Source: a virus. Taken from it: 64,000 bases of DNA. The stretch spans positions 16,186 through 80,185 of IMG/VR virus record IMGVR_UViG_3300009514_000016; one strand, given 5' to 3'. Shown here piece after piece: positions 28,736 to 38,717 of the stretch (positions are counted from its first letter, which is position 1; each line of letters starts with the position of its first letter). The position numbers and the translations under genes are program-made. Under the pieces are notes generated by a model, which was not told where the DNA came from, made no database searches, and saw nothing but the letters and a program-made list of their open reading frames with translations.

Positions 28736-31700
28736 TTTTCTTTGCTATGGATTTGTTGTAGGCTCTCACGCTAGATGGACTTGATTCATACAGATAGCTT
28801 TCCAGCGTCGCCAACTGCATGCCGATATTGCCCTCATTCCACTCTTGATCTAAAATGTTATTGATGTTGGTCAATTTTTTGCTTATTTCTTCTTCACTAT
28901 GTCCTTTTTGAAACAAGATATCAGACATGCTCCTGCTTATAGAAACGAATTTGTCTTTGGAAATATAATCTGATGCATTCGGCACGCTTCTTATTTTGTT
29001 TTTGAATTTATTTGTCACATTATCATATATTGTGTCTGGATCATTCATCTTGCGAATATGGTGCGACGGATTTGGTCTCGATAGGATATCGAGTATCTCT
29101 GCCGCATTCATGCTAATATTGCTTTCATCCCATTCTTTGCCAAGAACATTTCTCACCTCTCTTATCTTTCGATTTCTTTCTTCCTCAGTCCCTTCTGCAG
29201 GATCATTGATTTGTGACAGGATGCTGAGTATTCTTTTGCTTACTTGATTTATTTCATTTTCAGATATATAATTTGATGCATTCGGGATGTTCTTTACTTT
29301 GCCTCGCAATTGCGCATCCATTTCTTTCCATGTCGTTGACGGAGCATCCAAATAAGATGTTCCATCGTAATCAGCAGCAATTTTTCTATTGCGTTTATTC
29401 CAAGCAACTTGTCGCTGAGATGGTTCTTCAACAGATATTTCCGGTTCACCAACTTGGGAGGGGTCTGTCTTAGGGGTTTGAGGTTGTGATTGATTTTTTG
29501 TTTTTCTTCTTTCAGTTGCTGCAGGATAATTCTCTTGTATGTGGGACAAAGATTTCTTAATTGATCCAACCAATTCGGGTTTAAATATGTTTTTCAACAT
29601 AGAGCTTAAATAATTAGAAAAATTTATCTTCTCTTCTGAACCGCCCTCATATTGCTTATACTGCCTGAATAAATCAGGCAAAATTTGTCGTATAGAATTT
29701 AATACTCCAAGCATTATTGAGGCATTTTTGATTCCCCCAACAAGGTCTTTTGATGTTATTATGTTAGCATTGAATGATTGCGCAGCTTGATTTAGATCTT
29801 CAATTGAATAATCTTGTTTTGCAATGTTGGCAATTTCACTTCGCAACTCAGAAGACATTGTCGATGCCAGTTCGTCCAATGTGTTTTGAACTGCGTCTAG
29901 TGGATGCATTTTGAGCATATCATCATAGGCGAAGTATCCTCTCCACAGAGGATCTTTTTCATTATCTTTCCGCCATGTATGGACTTTTTCTTCTTTAGAG
30001 GCCTGTTCTTGAGCATCTTTCAATTCTTGATTTTTTGCATTTAGTATTTCTGTATATTTATCTGCATCTATACCTGTAAACGGTTTGATGAATCTTTCAC
30101 TGAACTCCTGATGTGAACTTCTAAATAGAACCTTAATATTTTCTAGTGATTTTACTGAATCTTCAATTCTAAGGTTGATTTTTTCATAAGCGGAATTGTC
30201 CTTAGATTTTTCATTGAATATTTTTATTTTGTCTATGACATTTTGCAGCGATCTCTCATATTCTGGATTATAATTGGCGATTTTTATAACCCTATTGCCG
30301 CTAGATTTTCTAGACATTTCTGACAAATGCCCGCGAGTAATTGCCATGCTGTTATTTAGTCGTTTAACTTCTTTTTCAATTTGATTGATTGATTCATCTA
30401 GGAATGGCAATGCATTTTTAGCAAAATCTTTCGCGAATAATGTGGCCTGAGATTTTATGTCATTGTCTTGAATGGACCTCAAATGCTCATTGTGGATTTT
30501 ATTGAATTCTGAGAGTATTTCTTTTTTGAACTTGCTTACGTCTATAGACCCAAGAATGTCATAAACTTCTGTTTGAAGTTTTTCAAATTCGTCTCTGGCA
30601 TGTTGTGGGTTGACAAATTTTTCAATTGGCGATTCTGCTGGTGTAATTTCAGGCTCCATAGATGTCGATTTGGATTCTGTTCCCTTTTGAGCGCCGGATG
30701 GCTCATAAGCCCATGACCCGCGATCTTTATTGATCTCTTTTGGATCAAATTTAGTTGCACCAGATAGGCCTTCTGCAATTTTTTTTGCTGCATCAGGGTT
30801 TTTTGTTATAAAAGACTTAAATTGATCTTTTATAATTTTGAAATTTGTGGACACATTTTCTATTAAAGACGCAATATTTTTGGGAGTCGGAGGAACTGGG
30901 CCGCTGCCCAAGTCTAGCCCTCTCATCATTTGTTTAAATGTTTCATTCGCTGTTACGGTGGCATCGTCTTTGGACTGACCGAATCCTATGTCATTAAATA
31001 CTTTTGTGGCAGTTTGTTTTAAGTCATCATCAACTTCGTTACTGTTTATTATGTTTCTAGATAAATTCCACAATAATGCAAGAGCTTGACTTGTCTCTCT
31101 TAGTATTGTTGGCTGTGCCTCTATTATTGATGTTATTTTTGAATAGCTATTTCCGAGCAAATTTTCTATGGTCGCAAAATGTGTGGATTCTATTTTTTGT
31201 TCTGCCGCTTCCAGTATTTTACTGGCTATATTAAATATCTTGTTATTATTTGTTTTTTTCCCAATAGCAATTATATCTGCGCATGCGCAGGCTGCTCTTC
31301 CATAAATGTTTGCTGGATCATGTTCTTTGAACTTGCCCCATTTTCTTTTTTCCAAAGCTTTCAACGCTTTAGCGCCGGGAGTTCCCTTTCCCTTGTCAAT
31401 CTCATCGTAAAATTCTCTTTCAACCTTAGACATACTGTCGCCACCTGAGGCTCCTCCAACAGCGGCTGCATGCTTTCTGTTCCATCTGTCTGATTTTAGG
31501 TCTTTGCCCCTAAACTCATTAATAACTTCTTTCCAACATTCGTCAGCAGTCTTTACGCTGGATGATTTTTTCATTCTGTATAATTCGAGGAAAGCGGCTT
31601 CTTTTTTGACCCAATGCTCGCAATTATCTTTGATATCCAACATATTCATGACTTCAATGGCTTCATCCAAAGACTTTGCCTCTTTGAACAATAGGCGAGA

Positions 31701-31748
31701 TTGCAAGTCGCTAATAATATTTTTTAGTTCTTTTATTTCTTTCTTCAT
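28719..31748 (-). CDS. Large helical putative internal/ejection protein with C-terminal tandem repeat
   Basis: 1009 aa; two copies of a ~90-aa PNAS.YIS...EW.E.NI.M unit; several WNxK/KxA motifs. Confidence 0.7.
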   Translation of the reverse strand: MKKEIKELKNIISDLQSRLLFKEAKSLDEAIEVMNMLDIKDNCEHWVKKEAAFLELYRMKKSSSVKTADECWKEVINEFRGKDLKSDRWNRKHAAAVGGASGGDSMSKVEREFYDEIDKGKGTPGAKALKALEKRKWGKFKEHDPANIYGRAACACADIIAIGKKTNNNKIFNIASKILEAAEQKIESTHFATIENLLGNSYSKITSIIEAQPTILRETSQALALLWNLSRNIINSNEVDDDLKQTATKVFNDIGFGQSKDDATVTANETFKQMMRGLDLGSGPVPPTPKNIASLIENVSTNFKIIKDQFKSFITKNPDAAKKIAEGLSGATKFDPKEINKDRGSWAYEPSGAQKGTESKSTSMEPEITPAESPIEKFVNPQHARDEFEKLQTEVYDILGSIDVSKFKKEILSEFNKIHNEHLRSIQDNDIKSQATLFAKDFAKNALPFLDESINQIEKEVKRLNNSMAITRGHLSEMSRKSSGNRVIKIANYNPEYERSLQNVIDKIKIFNEKSKDNSAYEKINLRIEDSVKSLENIKVLFRSSHQEFSERFIKPFTGIDADKYTEILNAKNQELKDAQEQASKEEKVHTWRKDNEKDPLWRGYFAYDDMLKMHPLDAVQNTLDELASTMSSELRSEIANIAKQDYSIEDLNQAAQSFNANIITSKDLVGGIKNASIMLGVLNSIRQILPDLFRQYKQYEGGSEEKINFSNYLSSMLKNIFKPELVGSIKKSLSHIQENYPAATERRKTKNQSQPQTPKTDPSQVGEPEISVEEPSQRQVAWNKRNRKIAADYDGTSYLDAPSTTWKEMDAQLRGKVKNIPNASNYISENEINQVSKRILSILSQINDPAEGTEEERNRKIREVRNVLGKEWDESNISMNAAEILDILSRPNPSHHIRKMNDPDTIYDNVTNKFKNKIRSVPNASDYISKDKFVSISRSMSDILFQKGHSEEEISKKLTNINNILDQEWNEGNIGMQLATLESYLYESSPSSVRAYNKSIAKKNAKVQ

Positions 31749-31758
31749 AATTTCGCCT

Positions 31759-32277
31759 TTAGGCCATTAGGACATATTCTCTAATATGCTGAATTCTTGG
31801 AATCACATATGCTCTCCATGCGCTCATATTGTGATCCCATGCCACACATAGTTCATTGCCAGTTCCAGCAGTGAACATGTCGTCTGGAGTAATATCTCTT
31901 TCGATAAAGTGATTCCCCATCAAAGTAATATAGGCTATATTCAGTTTGCCTTCCTTTTTTCTTATGTAATTGTCAATCAAGGTTCTTATGTTCAACGACC
32001 CCTCGACAGGGGAATCAGATAAGACATATCTTCCAGCCGGAACAGTATTAGGATTCAATCCAGTGTATTGAGTCCCTGGCTGTGTTGTTATTAGATTTCC
32101 ATATTCCGGGCTATAAATATCGATTTGTGGCCCTCTCCTGTCAACGTATTGAGGAGGAACCATGGCAATTTCTTGGCTTTCATCAATTTGCTCAACAGGA
32201 GCAACTTCCTGAACAGGATATCCTCCCAATTCAGTGTTGTCTTGTTGAGCATAGCGAAAACTAAATATCTCCACCAT
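31759..32277 (-). CDS. Protein with C-terminal WYL-like domain
   Basis: NIAY......IERDITP......GNELCVAWDH...AWRAYVIPRI resembles the WYL (Sm-like) core. Confidence 0.6.
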   Translation of the reverse strand: MVEIFSFRYAQQDNTELGGYPVQEVAPVEQIDESQEIAMVPPQYVDRRGPQIDIYSPEYGNLITTQPGTQYTGLNPNTVPAGRYVLSDSPVEGSLNIRTLIDNYIRKKEGKLNIAYITLMGNHFIERDITPDDMFTAGTGNELCVAWDHNMSAWRAYVIPRIQHIREYVLMA

Positions 32278-32983
32278 CGAATTTTACAACCTTATTTTCG
32301 TCATCTACAACAATCTTATGCCCAATTGCGATATTGTGCTTGGAGAAAAATCCTTTAGGAACTTCTAGGGCATAAACGCATTTGTCTTTAGATTTGTGGG
32401 CTTGCGTCGAAAGCGGAGTCATAGAGTCAATTTGTTTAATAGTATAATCTTGATCAATAAATGCAATGTCTAGTGGAATGTAAGTGTTTTCCATCCAGAA
32501 AGATAGATTGTGTGGAGATTGGAACTTGAAAAGCATCCCCTCGTTAGATCCAAGAGTCTTTCTATATTTTAGTCCGACTGACTGATCTATGGAATTAGAA
32601 GCTATTGATAACAACTTCACTTCTGGTCCAGATTCTTTTTTGTGCGCTTTGGTCATTTTGTTGTTGTTATTTGCAAAAATAAATTTCTCTGCTTTTTTCT
32701 GTTGGTCAAAAGTTGAAACTTCGCTAGAGAGAACGTAGTTGCGAATAAATTTTTTACCCTTAGAGGTGATAACGTGATCGCCATCTCTATAAGAAACCAA
32801 TCCTTTGGCTTTCAGAGCGGTTAGCATCATTCTGTCGAAATCCACTGGAACGCTCAGAATGTCGACTTCTCTATTTTTATCCCATAGATCAACTAGGGCT
32901 TTTGATTCTTCTCTGGATGCTGTTACTTCTTTTGATTTCCAGCTATCATCTGAAAAGAAAAATGGCATAATTGGTAGTGGCAT
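32261..32983 (-). CDS. DUF192-family protein with N-terminal winged-helix-like region
   Basis: GLKYRKTL..NEGMLFKF.....SFWMENTYIPLDIAFID...YALEVPKGFF. Confidence 0.85.
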   Translation of the reverse strand: MPLPIMPFFFSDDSWKSKEVTASREESKALVDLWDKNREVDILSVPVDFDRMMLTALKAKGLVSYRDGDHVITSKGKKFIRNYVLSSEVSTFDQQKKAEKFIFANNNNKMTKAHKKESGPEVKLLSIASNSIDQSVGLKYRKTLGSNEGMLFKFQSPHNLSFWMENTYIPLDIAFIDQDYTIKQIDSMTPLSTQAHKSKDKCVYALEVPKGFFSKHNIAIGHKIVVDDENKVVKFDGGDI

Positions 32984-32992
32984 GGCTTTCTC

Positions 32993-33826
32993 CTAATCTC
33001 TCATTAATAGAGATCTAATTTTGTATGGACTGTCGCCCTTCATTACTTTATCCCATGTTGTGGGTTCCCAAGATAGTTCTCTAATTTCGAAATATATCCC
33101 GTTTCTGCTGTGTTCAGGATTGTATCTTGGTTGGTTCTTGATGGCTTTGTCCCTGTTCTCTAATCCATCCGCGACTCCATATGGCCCATCGAATGGATAA
33201 ACTCTTTCTAATTCTGGTAGATCCAGTCTATTATAAGGCCCGTCAACGTTATCTTTTGTTGAACTGTAGTACCCAGGTCCAAATAGTGATCCAGCGGTCC
33301 TCATTTGCTTTTTCTCTTCTATTTCCTCATGAAATGCTAAAAGCAAAATGATTCTGTATTTCACTCGATCTATGGCCATAAAATTGTTTTGCAGTCTTAT
33401 AATGTATTTTTGCAGAGCGTCTATATCTGACTGTTTAGCGAATACTCCATTTTTAGAGTCGCTGATTTCATCTATGAAATTCTGAGTTAGTTCTTCAATA
33501 TCGCTTTGTTGATCTTTTTGTGAAAAACTGACTAATTCTCTAAGTCTGTAGGATATTTTTTCGCCATTGCTAATAAATTCCGGCTTGACTCTTCCAAGAA
33601 TATCGGCGAATATATGTCTGATTGTTTGCCATGTTTTTTCTTTGATCGAGATATTGGCGCAAAGGAGAGAATTCAAAAAGTTATAGCATTCTTCAATGGA
33701 TTTGAATTTCTTCCATCCCTTTTTAGTCACGTCAAATGCGGAAATTGACCCATCTCTCTGCGGAGCAATTTGGTAATGCCACATTTCGTGAATTAGTCTG
33801 TCAAAAAATGGAATGTGATGAGTCAT
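32993..33826 (-). CDS. Hypothetical head-module protein
   Basis: 277-aa ORF in the contiguous operon; internal QMRTAG. Confidence 0.65.
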   Translation of the reverse strand: MTHHIPFFDRLIHEMWHYQIAPQRDGSISAFDVTKKGWKKFKSIEECYNFLNSLLCANISIKEKTWQTIRHIFADILGRVKPEFISNGEKISYRLRELVSFSQKDQQSDIEELTQNFIDEISDSKNGVFAKQSDIDALQKYIIRLQNNFMAIDRVKYRIILLLAFHEEIEEKKQMRTAGSLFGPGYYSSTKDNVDGPYNRLDLPELERVYPFDGPYGVADGLENRDKAIKNQPRYNPEHSRNGIYFEIRELSWEPTTWDKVMKGDSPYKIRSLLMRD

Positions 33827-34291
33827 CTATTGTTTTGCTTTCCATTTTTTGGCTAGAGTTGCCATTCCGATGTCCGAAATTCTTTCTATTTGATGTTCCG
33901 GGCCAAGTTCAATCATATTTTTGTTATGCAAAGAATTCAAGGCTTGCTGATTGATGTTTTGTATTCCGCGTCTCTTTCCGCTGCTGATATGCTTTGATAT
34001 TTCGAGAAGCATTCTAAATTCTTCATCATTTAAAATTGGAGCTTGCTCTTCATCTTCTGCGCCCATTTCTGGAAAACGCCATGCTGTTTTGACAGAGAAT
34101 CTTCCATACCAGTTGTTGGCACTGATCTTCTTTTTTATCTTTTGCAGATTTTTGGTTTCCAAAATATAACGTGAGTTAGAATTGCTTTCAATGACAATGG
34201 CTTTATCTCCCATAAGCATCTGGACTTTTCCAGTTCTTTTGGTTCCGCCATCATTCCATTCTACTGTATTAGTTGCGAATATTTTAGCCAT
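33827..34291 (-). CDS. Hypothetical protein with internal NWY tag
   Basis: Internal KKISANNWYGRFSVKTAW between an N-terminal beta domain and a C-terminal wHTH-like domain. Confidence 0.65.
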   Translation of the reverse strand: MAKIFATNTVEWNDGGTKRTGKVQMLMGDKAIVIESNSNSRYILETKNLQKIKKKISANNWYGRFSVKTAWRFPEMGAEDEEQAPILNDEEFRMLLEISKHISSGKRRGIQNINQQALNSLHNKNMIELGPEHQIERISDIGMATLAKKWKAKQ

Positions 34292-35591
34292 TAGATTGAA
34301 ACCTTAGTTCTTCTACTCCAGTTATTTTGACAACCTCTGGAGCAAGATAGTCCAGAGTTAATTCTGTTCCTTTACTAATTGGCAATTTAGCATACAATTT
34401 ACCTTTTGCGTTTATTTTTGCATTAGGGCTTTTATCGTAATTGATATACGTTCCCAATTCAGTTCTTATGTCACTGCCATTATGACTCGCACTCTTAAGC
34501 ATATCGCCAGTGACAATCACATTTCCGATATATTCGCCAGGGAATAAGTCTCTGTCGGCAATAACGCCTTTTCCATGAATTGAACTCTTATCAATTCTAT
34601 ATTTCTTGCTGGAAATGGATTTGCTTTGGAATTTATACCAAGCAGTCACTTCTGAAAAGTTATCATCGTAAAGACATCTTGTAATGGCCTGCCTCTCAGA
34701 CTCCCATAGCTTTCTATGCTTGAATCCGTTATTCTTTGTCGATGATTTATATAGAATATTATCTTCTCGATCCAAGATCGAAAAGTCAGTTTCTCTAAAT
34801 TCTGAGATAATATAGCGACTAGGAATAATTTCTATCCCGTGTTGGTACTCGATCTGGTTTTCATCCAACCACTGCATAATATATTCAGAAGGAACAATAA
34901 CATTATAGCCATTTCCTTTTGTTGCCGAAACAACTGGAACAATCATTCCAATCGTATCGCCATTTCTGGGATCGACAACTGCCCCGCCAGAAGCAGAAGA
35001 GGTTACTGGGCCATTTATTATGTGGACTTTCGGTTTATTTTTATCGGCAAATATAATTCTATTCTTGGAGAAAACATGGCCCAAACAAGTTCTGTTCCTG
35101 AACTGAGAATCTAGGCCAGCATAAACAATCTGATTGCCATTTCCAGCCAAAGAAGAATTTCCCAAATTAGCAATGAAAAGATTCCTCTCTTCCACTTCTA
35201 GAACAGAAAGATTGTTTTTTCTGCTGGCACAGACTATCTTTGCTTTTTGAAATCCAGAACTGCTATTGATCCAAACTTGGGAATGTTCTATTTTTTCTCC
35301 TAGAATTGTTGCATCCAGAGATGTGAGAATGTGATTATCAGATATATTAATCCCGCTGGAGAATTTGAATTCTCCATTAGAGAATTTGGCAATAATCATG
35401 CTAGAGCTATTAATAACTCTCTCTCTTATGTCGGATAATTTGTCATTATCTTTTTCTATTTCATCCAAATAGATCGATTCTTCATCATTGTTGCTGTCAA
35501 AAAGGATAGAAGCCCTGTTGTCCGCAAGGCTTCTAATCATCCCTTTATCTCCGCTAAATTTGTGAATTATGCGATCATTTATTCGAAACAT
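34284..35591 (-). CDS. Degenerate trypsin/HtrA-like domain fused to a SET domain
   Basis: SSGINISDNHILTS, NLSVLEV, LGNSS, ASGGAVVD...GDTIGM (trypsin-like); KSSIHGKGVIA...PGEYIG, YINYDKSPNA, ISKGTELTLDY (SET). Confidence 0.75.
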   Translation of the reverse strand: MFRINDRIIHKFSGDKGMIRSLADNRASILFDSNNDEESIYLDEIEKDNDKLSDIRERVINSSSMIIAKFSNGEFKFSSGINISDNHILTSLDATILGEKIEHSQVWINSSSGFQKAKIVCASRKNNLSVLEVEERNLFIANLGNSSLAGNGNQIVYAGLDSQFRNRTCLGHVFSKNRIIFADKNKPKVHIINGPVTSSASGGAVVDPRNGDTIGMIVPVVSATKGNGYNVIVPSEYIMQWLDENQIEYQHGIEIIPSRYIISEFRETDFSILDREDNILYKSSTKNNGFKHRKLWESERQAITRCLYDDNFSEVTAWYKFQSKSISSKKYRIDKSSIHGKGVIADRDLFPGEYIGNVIVTGDMLKSASHNGSDIRTELGTYINYDKSPNAKINAKGKLYAKLPISKGTELTLDYLAPEVVKITGVEELRFQSNG

Positions 35592-36335
35592 CTATATTTC
35601 TAGAAGCATGTCCTTGGGACCGTCCTCCTCGACAACCAAGAAATCGTCAAAAGCTTTAATGGCTTCATTTGTTTCCGGTTTCTTTGGAGCTAGATCCATG
35701 ACGGTAACTTCCTCTCCTTTTGTGTTAGATGATTTGATTTTCTTTGGCTTTTCTTCAGAAGAGTCTTTTATTTCAAAAGGAACCTCTTCTTTTTTCTCTG
35801 CTTTTTTAGATGGTCTGCCACGTTTCTTCGCAGTTTTCTTTGTTGCAGTCTTTTGTGCAGTCTTCTTCTTCGCAGGCTTTGCGCTTCTCTTTTCAAGAAT
35901 TTCTAGTTCTTCTGCTGATAACTCTGGCTCAACAGTCTTAAACTCTTCTTTGTCAACCTTGATAAGAAATTTTGCTTTTTCCGCTCCTAAGAAATCAGGC
36001 GCAAAAGAATGTTTCTTAGGCACTGTCAAGAATTTATCTTCTTTAGAAACTCTATAAGTAGCTCTTTTGTCGCCTTCCAGATATTGCAGGGCCATATGTC
36101 CTGATGGAAGATGAACTGAATAACGAACTGTTTCATTATCATCATATTCTTCTTCTTCTGGATGAATTTCAACTTTCCCAATTAGTTCAAGAACCTTGTG
36201 AGAAATCGCATTCTGCACTTCTGCGGTCTGGAAGTGAACATCGTCAATGTCCACGATTGAATTGTACGGGACTAACGCTCTGGCGCACTCCAACGAAACT
36301 GCGGTTTTTCTTGGGTTTATGTTTTTCAATTTCAT
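35592..36335 (-). CDS. Protein with Lys/Ala-rich histone-H1-like segment and AT-hook
   Basis: AKPAKKKTAQKTATKKTAKKRGRPSKK; ends DMLLEI. Confidence 0.7.
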   Translation of the reverse strand: MKLKNINPRKTAVSLECARALVPYNSIVDIDDVHFQTAEVQNAISHKVLELIGKVEIHPEEEEYDDNETVRYSVHLPSGHMALQYLEGDKRATYRVSKEDKFLTVPKKHSFAPDFLGAEKAKFLIKVDKEEFKTVEPELSAEELEILEKRSAKPAKKKTAQKTATKKTAKKRGRPSKKAEKKEEVPFEIKDSSEEKPKKIKSSNTKGEEVTVMDLAPKKPETNEAIKAFDDFLVVEEDGPKDMLLEI

Positions 36336-36345
36336 TTCATTTCTC

Positions 36346-37014
36346 CTATATGGATTTTATAATAACCCCTGGAGCTATCTTCTCAATAGCCAGGGCTTTC
36401 TCAAAACTTGGGCAAATCACTTCAACAGTATTATCCTTGTGGATTTTTACTTCAATATCTTTATGCTTCTTAGCAAATTCTTTGGCCTTATCGTGACTAT
36501 CAAATTTTACGAAAGCAGCATAACTTTTGCCATCTTTGTCAACATCGGCATTTTCAATATTGTCTTTAATGATGTTTTTCAGATAAAGATCATGATAGTC
36601 TTCTGGACGTTGCTGTCTTAGACTCTTATTCTTTTCGTCCCGATCATCATCTATTTGCTGATCGCCACCCGAGATATCTGGCCTGCCATTTCCTTTGCCA
36701 TCCTTGCCTCTCCATCTCCCTCCGAATTCTGGGACAGAAGTGAATGGATTGAATCTCGGATTATTTCCTGTCGATGGGCTCCATCCGTATTCTTGATTGC
36801 CTCCCTGAAAAGAAGTTGGCAAACCTCCTCCGATACCTCCGTGGTAAGCTGTTTTGTATGCCTTAAGATTGAATCCAGACTTGTTAAATGATTGACTGGC
36901 CAGATGTTTTAGCAGTGAATCATGAGCATCTTGGACGCTTTTGAATTCCTTGCCTACAAAATCTGGATGCCCAATTTCATAAGTGTTTTGTCTGTTCTTA
37001 GTAATTTTAACCAC
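36346..37014 (-). CDS. Putative head protein
   Basis: Internal GFNLKAYKTA followed by a Gly-rich segment. Confidence 0.65.
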   Translation of the reverse strand: MVKITKNRQNTYEIGHPDFVGKEFKSVQDAHDSLLKHLASQSFNKSGFNLKAYKTAYHGGIGGGLPTSFQGGNQEYGWSPSTGNNPRFNPFTSVPEFGGRWRGKDGKGNGRPDISGGDQQIDDDRDEKNKSLRQQRPEDYHDLYLKNIIKDNIENADVDKDGKSYAAFVKFDSHDKAKEFAKKHKDIEVKIHKDNTVEVICPSFEKALAIEKIAPGVIIKSI

Positions 37015-37863
37015 TTAATTCTTGCCGCTATAGATTCCCAATAGTTTTGATTTTGCAATCTTAATTTGTGCCATGCGAACAAAATCTTCTTCAGTGTATT
37101 CGCCCTTGCTTGAGAGAGAAATAAACTCTTCATCTAGCTTAGACATTGATTTAGAAATATCTTGCTCATCATTGCTGGCTATTTTTTGAAGTTTCTTATT
37201 GTATGCAGCCCTATTCCACCCATTGCTCAATCCTCTTTCGACAAAGTCGCCAAAAGAGAAATACTCTGGGCCTTCTTTTTTGCTGTGACTTGAATTGTCT
37301 CCGTCATAATATTTGGTTGACGGAGATTGAGTTGGATCATAATCTTCTTGCTGAGGCGTATTCTGAGTAATCTTGTGCTTTGGAAGGTCTTTCTGGTCAC
37401 CGATGTTCTTTTCTTGGAGAAGTTCTGAACTTTCGGCCCCAAAATACTCTGTGTCTTTTGTTGACTCAACCTCTAAAGCATTGGTTAGCTCTCTAAGCTT
37501 AGGAACGTCGCCATCCCAAGCTGACTCATTTCTATGAGGAACGCCTATAGCTTTCTTGGATTCAAATTTCTTTTCTGGCAAATCATGAACATCTTTAGAT
37601 CCATGGTGTTTGGTCTCTAGCAAAGTATTGTAATGATTTTTTGCAATTGCCTCGCCATCATACTCAGAAGCCTCTTCTCTCAATAGAGATTCTTCTGGCT
37701 TTGACCAATCTGTTTTGTGGTCAAACTTTTCTCTCTCTTGCTCAAGAAGCTTGTCTTCTGTTGGAAGATTGGCTTTTTCCTTTTTCTGGGATTCCAAAAC
37801 TTTCTTTAGGCTCTCACCTACTGAGTTCTCATCGCCATTGTTGTAGCTGATAATTTTTGTCAT
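37015..37863 (-). CDS. Putative head/scaffold-like protein
   Basis: Charged low-complexity sequence; WNRAAYNKKLQKIAS; GGAG SD; late-type promoter upstream. Confidence 0.65.
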   Translation of the reverse strand: MTKIISYNNGDENSVGESLKKVLESQKKEKANLPTEDKLLEQEREKFDHKTDWSKPEESLLREEASEYDGEAIAKNHYNTLLETKHHGSKDVHDLPEKKFESKKAIGVPHRNESAWDGDVPKLRELTNALEVESTKDTEYFGAESSELLQEKNIGDQKDLPKHKITQNTPQQEDYDPTQSPSTKYYDGDNSSHSKKEGPEYFSFGDFVERGLSNGWNRAAYNKKLQKIASNDEQDISKSMSKLDEEFISLSSKGEYTEEDFVRMAQIKIAKSKLLGIYSGKN

Positions 37864-37927
37864 TTGTTTTCTCCAAGAATATAATAATCCTTAATCCTAC
37901 CATTTCGATAGGTGGATATCATATCCT

Positions 37928-38713
37928 TTATTTTCCAAGCGACTTAGCGGCGACTTTCTTTATAGCGTCTGCCGTCATATCTTGGCCGGTAGAAAATGTT
38001 TTCACAACAACATCATTTTTCATAATATCAAAAACATCTTTTCCTGATTCTGAGTGGGAAAAACATATTTTGTAAGTCCCAAGATGATATGTCTCATTAT
38101 TAGACTTCTTTTTCTTATTCTTTTTATAATTCTTGAAATCGGGGTGGTGACCATGTTCCTCATACCATTTGCGCCACATTTCTGGCTTATTGATCATCAT
38201 CCAATATTCTTGTTTTGCCGACTCAAATGGGGCTTGTTTCATCAATTTGGATGTTACAGTTTTATTGCTGGATTCTGCCATCCCTCCCAATCCTCCTCCT
38301 GGTTGTTGCGGCTGAGGAATTAATGGGATACTGTCGAGAATATCTGTTACTTCTTTATGGTATTTTTCGATGTTTTCTAAAATTCTATCAACTATCTGAT
38401 TAAGAGCCTTATGATAATTGTCATCCAAATACTCAAATAGATTCGTCTCATTATCCCATGGGTTAATATGGGACTGAATATAATCTAAAATCATATCTCG
38501 ATCAATCCCCAAGCCTTCTTCTTGATCAGAGTGTTTATTGGCTCTTTTATCGCGAATCAGATCAAGCACAATTCTTTTGCCCATAGTGTCAATTTTTGAC
38601 GGATCTTTAACCAGATCTTTGACTATTCTCTCGTATCCGAGAGCAATAGCATCATCAGTATGATCTATCGTTTTTTCTTTTGGTTCTTTTTGCGATATTC
38701 TATACCAATTCAT
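37928..38713 (-). CDS. NWY-tagged hypothetical protein downstream of terminase
   Basis: Probable start MNWYRISQ at 38713. Confidence 0.7.
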   Translation of the reverse strand: MNWYRISQKEPKEKTIDHTDDAIALGYERIVKDLVKDPSKIDTMGKRIVLDLIRDKRANKHSDQEEGLGIDRDMILDYIQSHINPWDNETNLFEYLDDNYHKALNQIVDRILENIEKYHKEVTDILDSIPLIPQPQQPGGGLGGMAESSNKTVTSKLMKQAPFESAKQEYWMMINKPEMWRKWYEEHGHHPDFKNYKKNKKKKSNNETYHLGTYKICFSHSESGKDVFDIMKNDVVVKTFSTGQDMTADAIKKVAAKSLGK

Positions 38714-38717
38714 CTTA

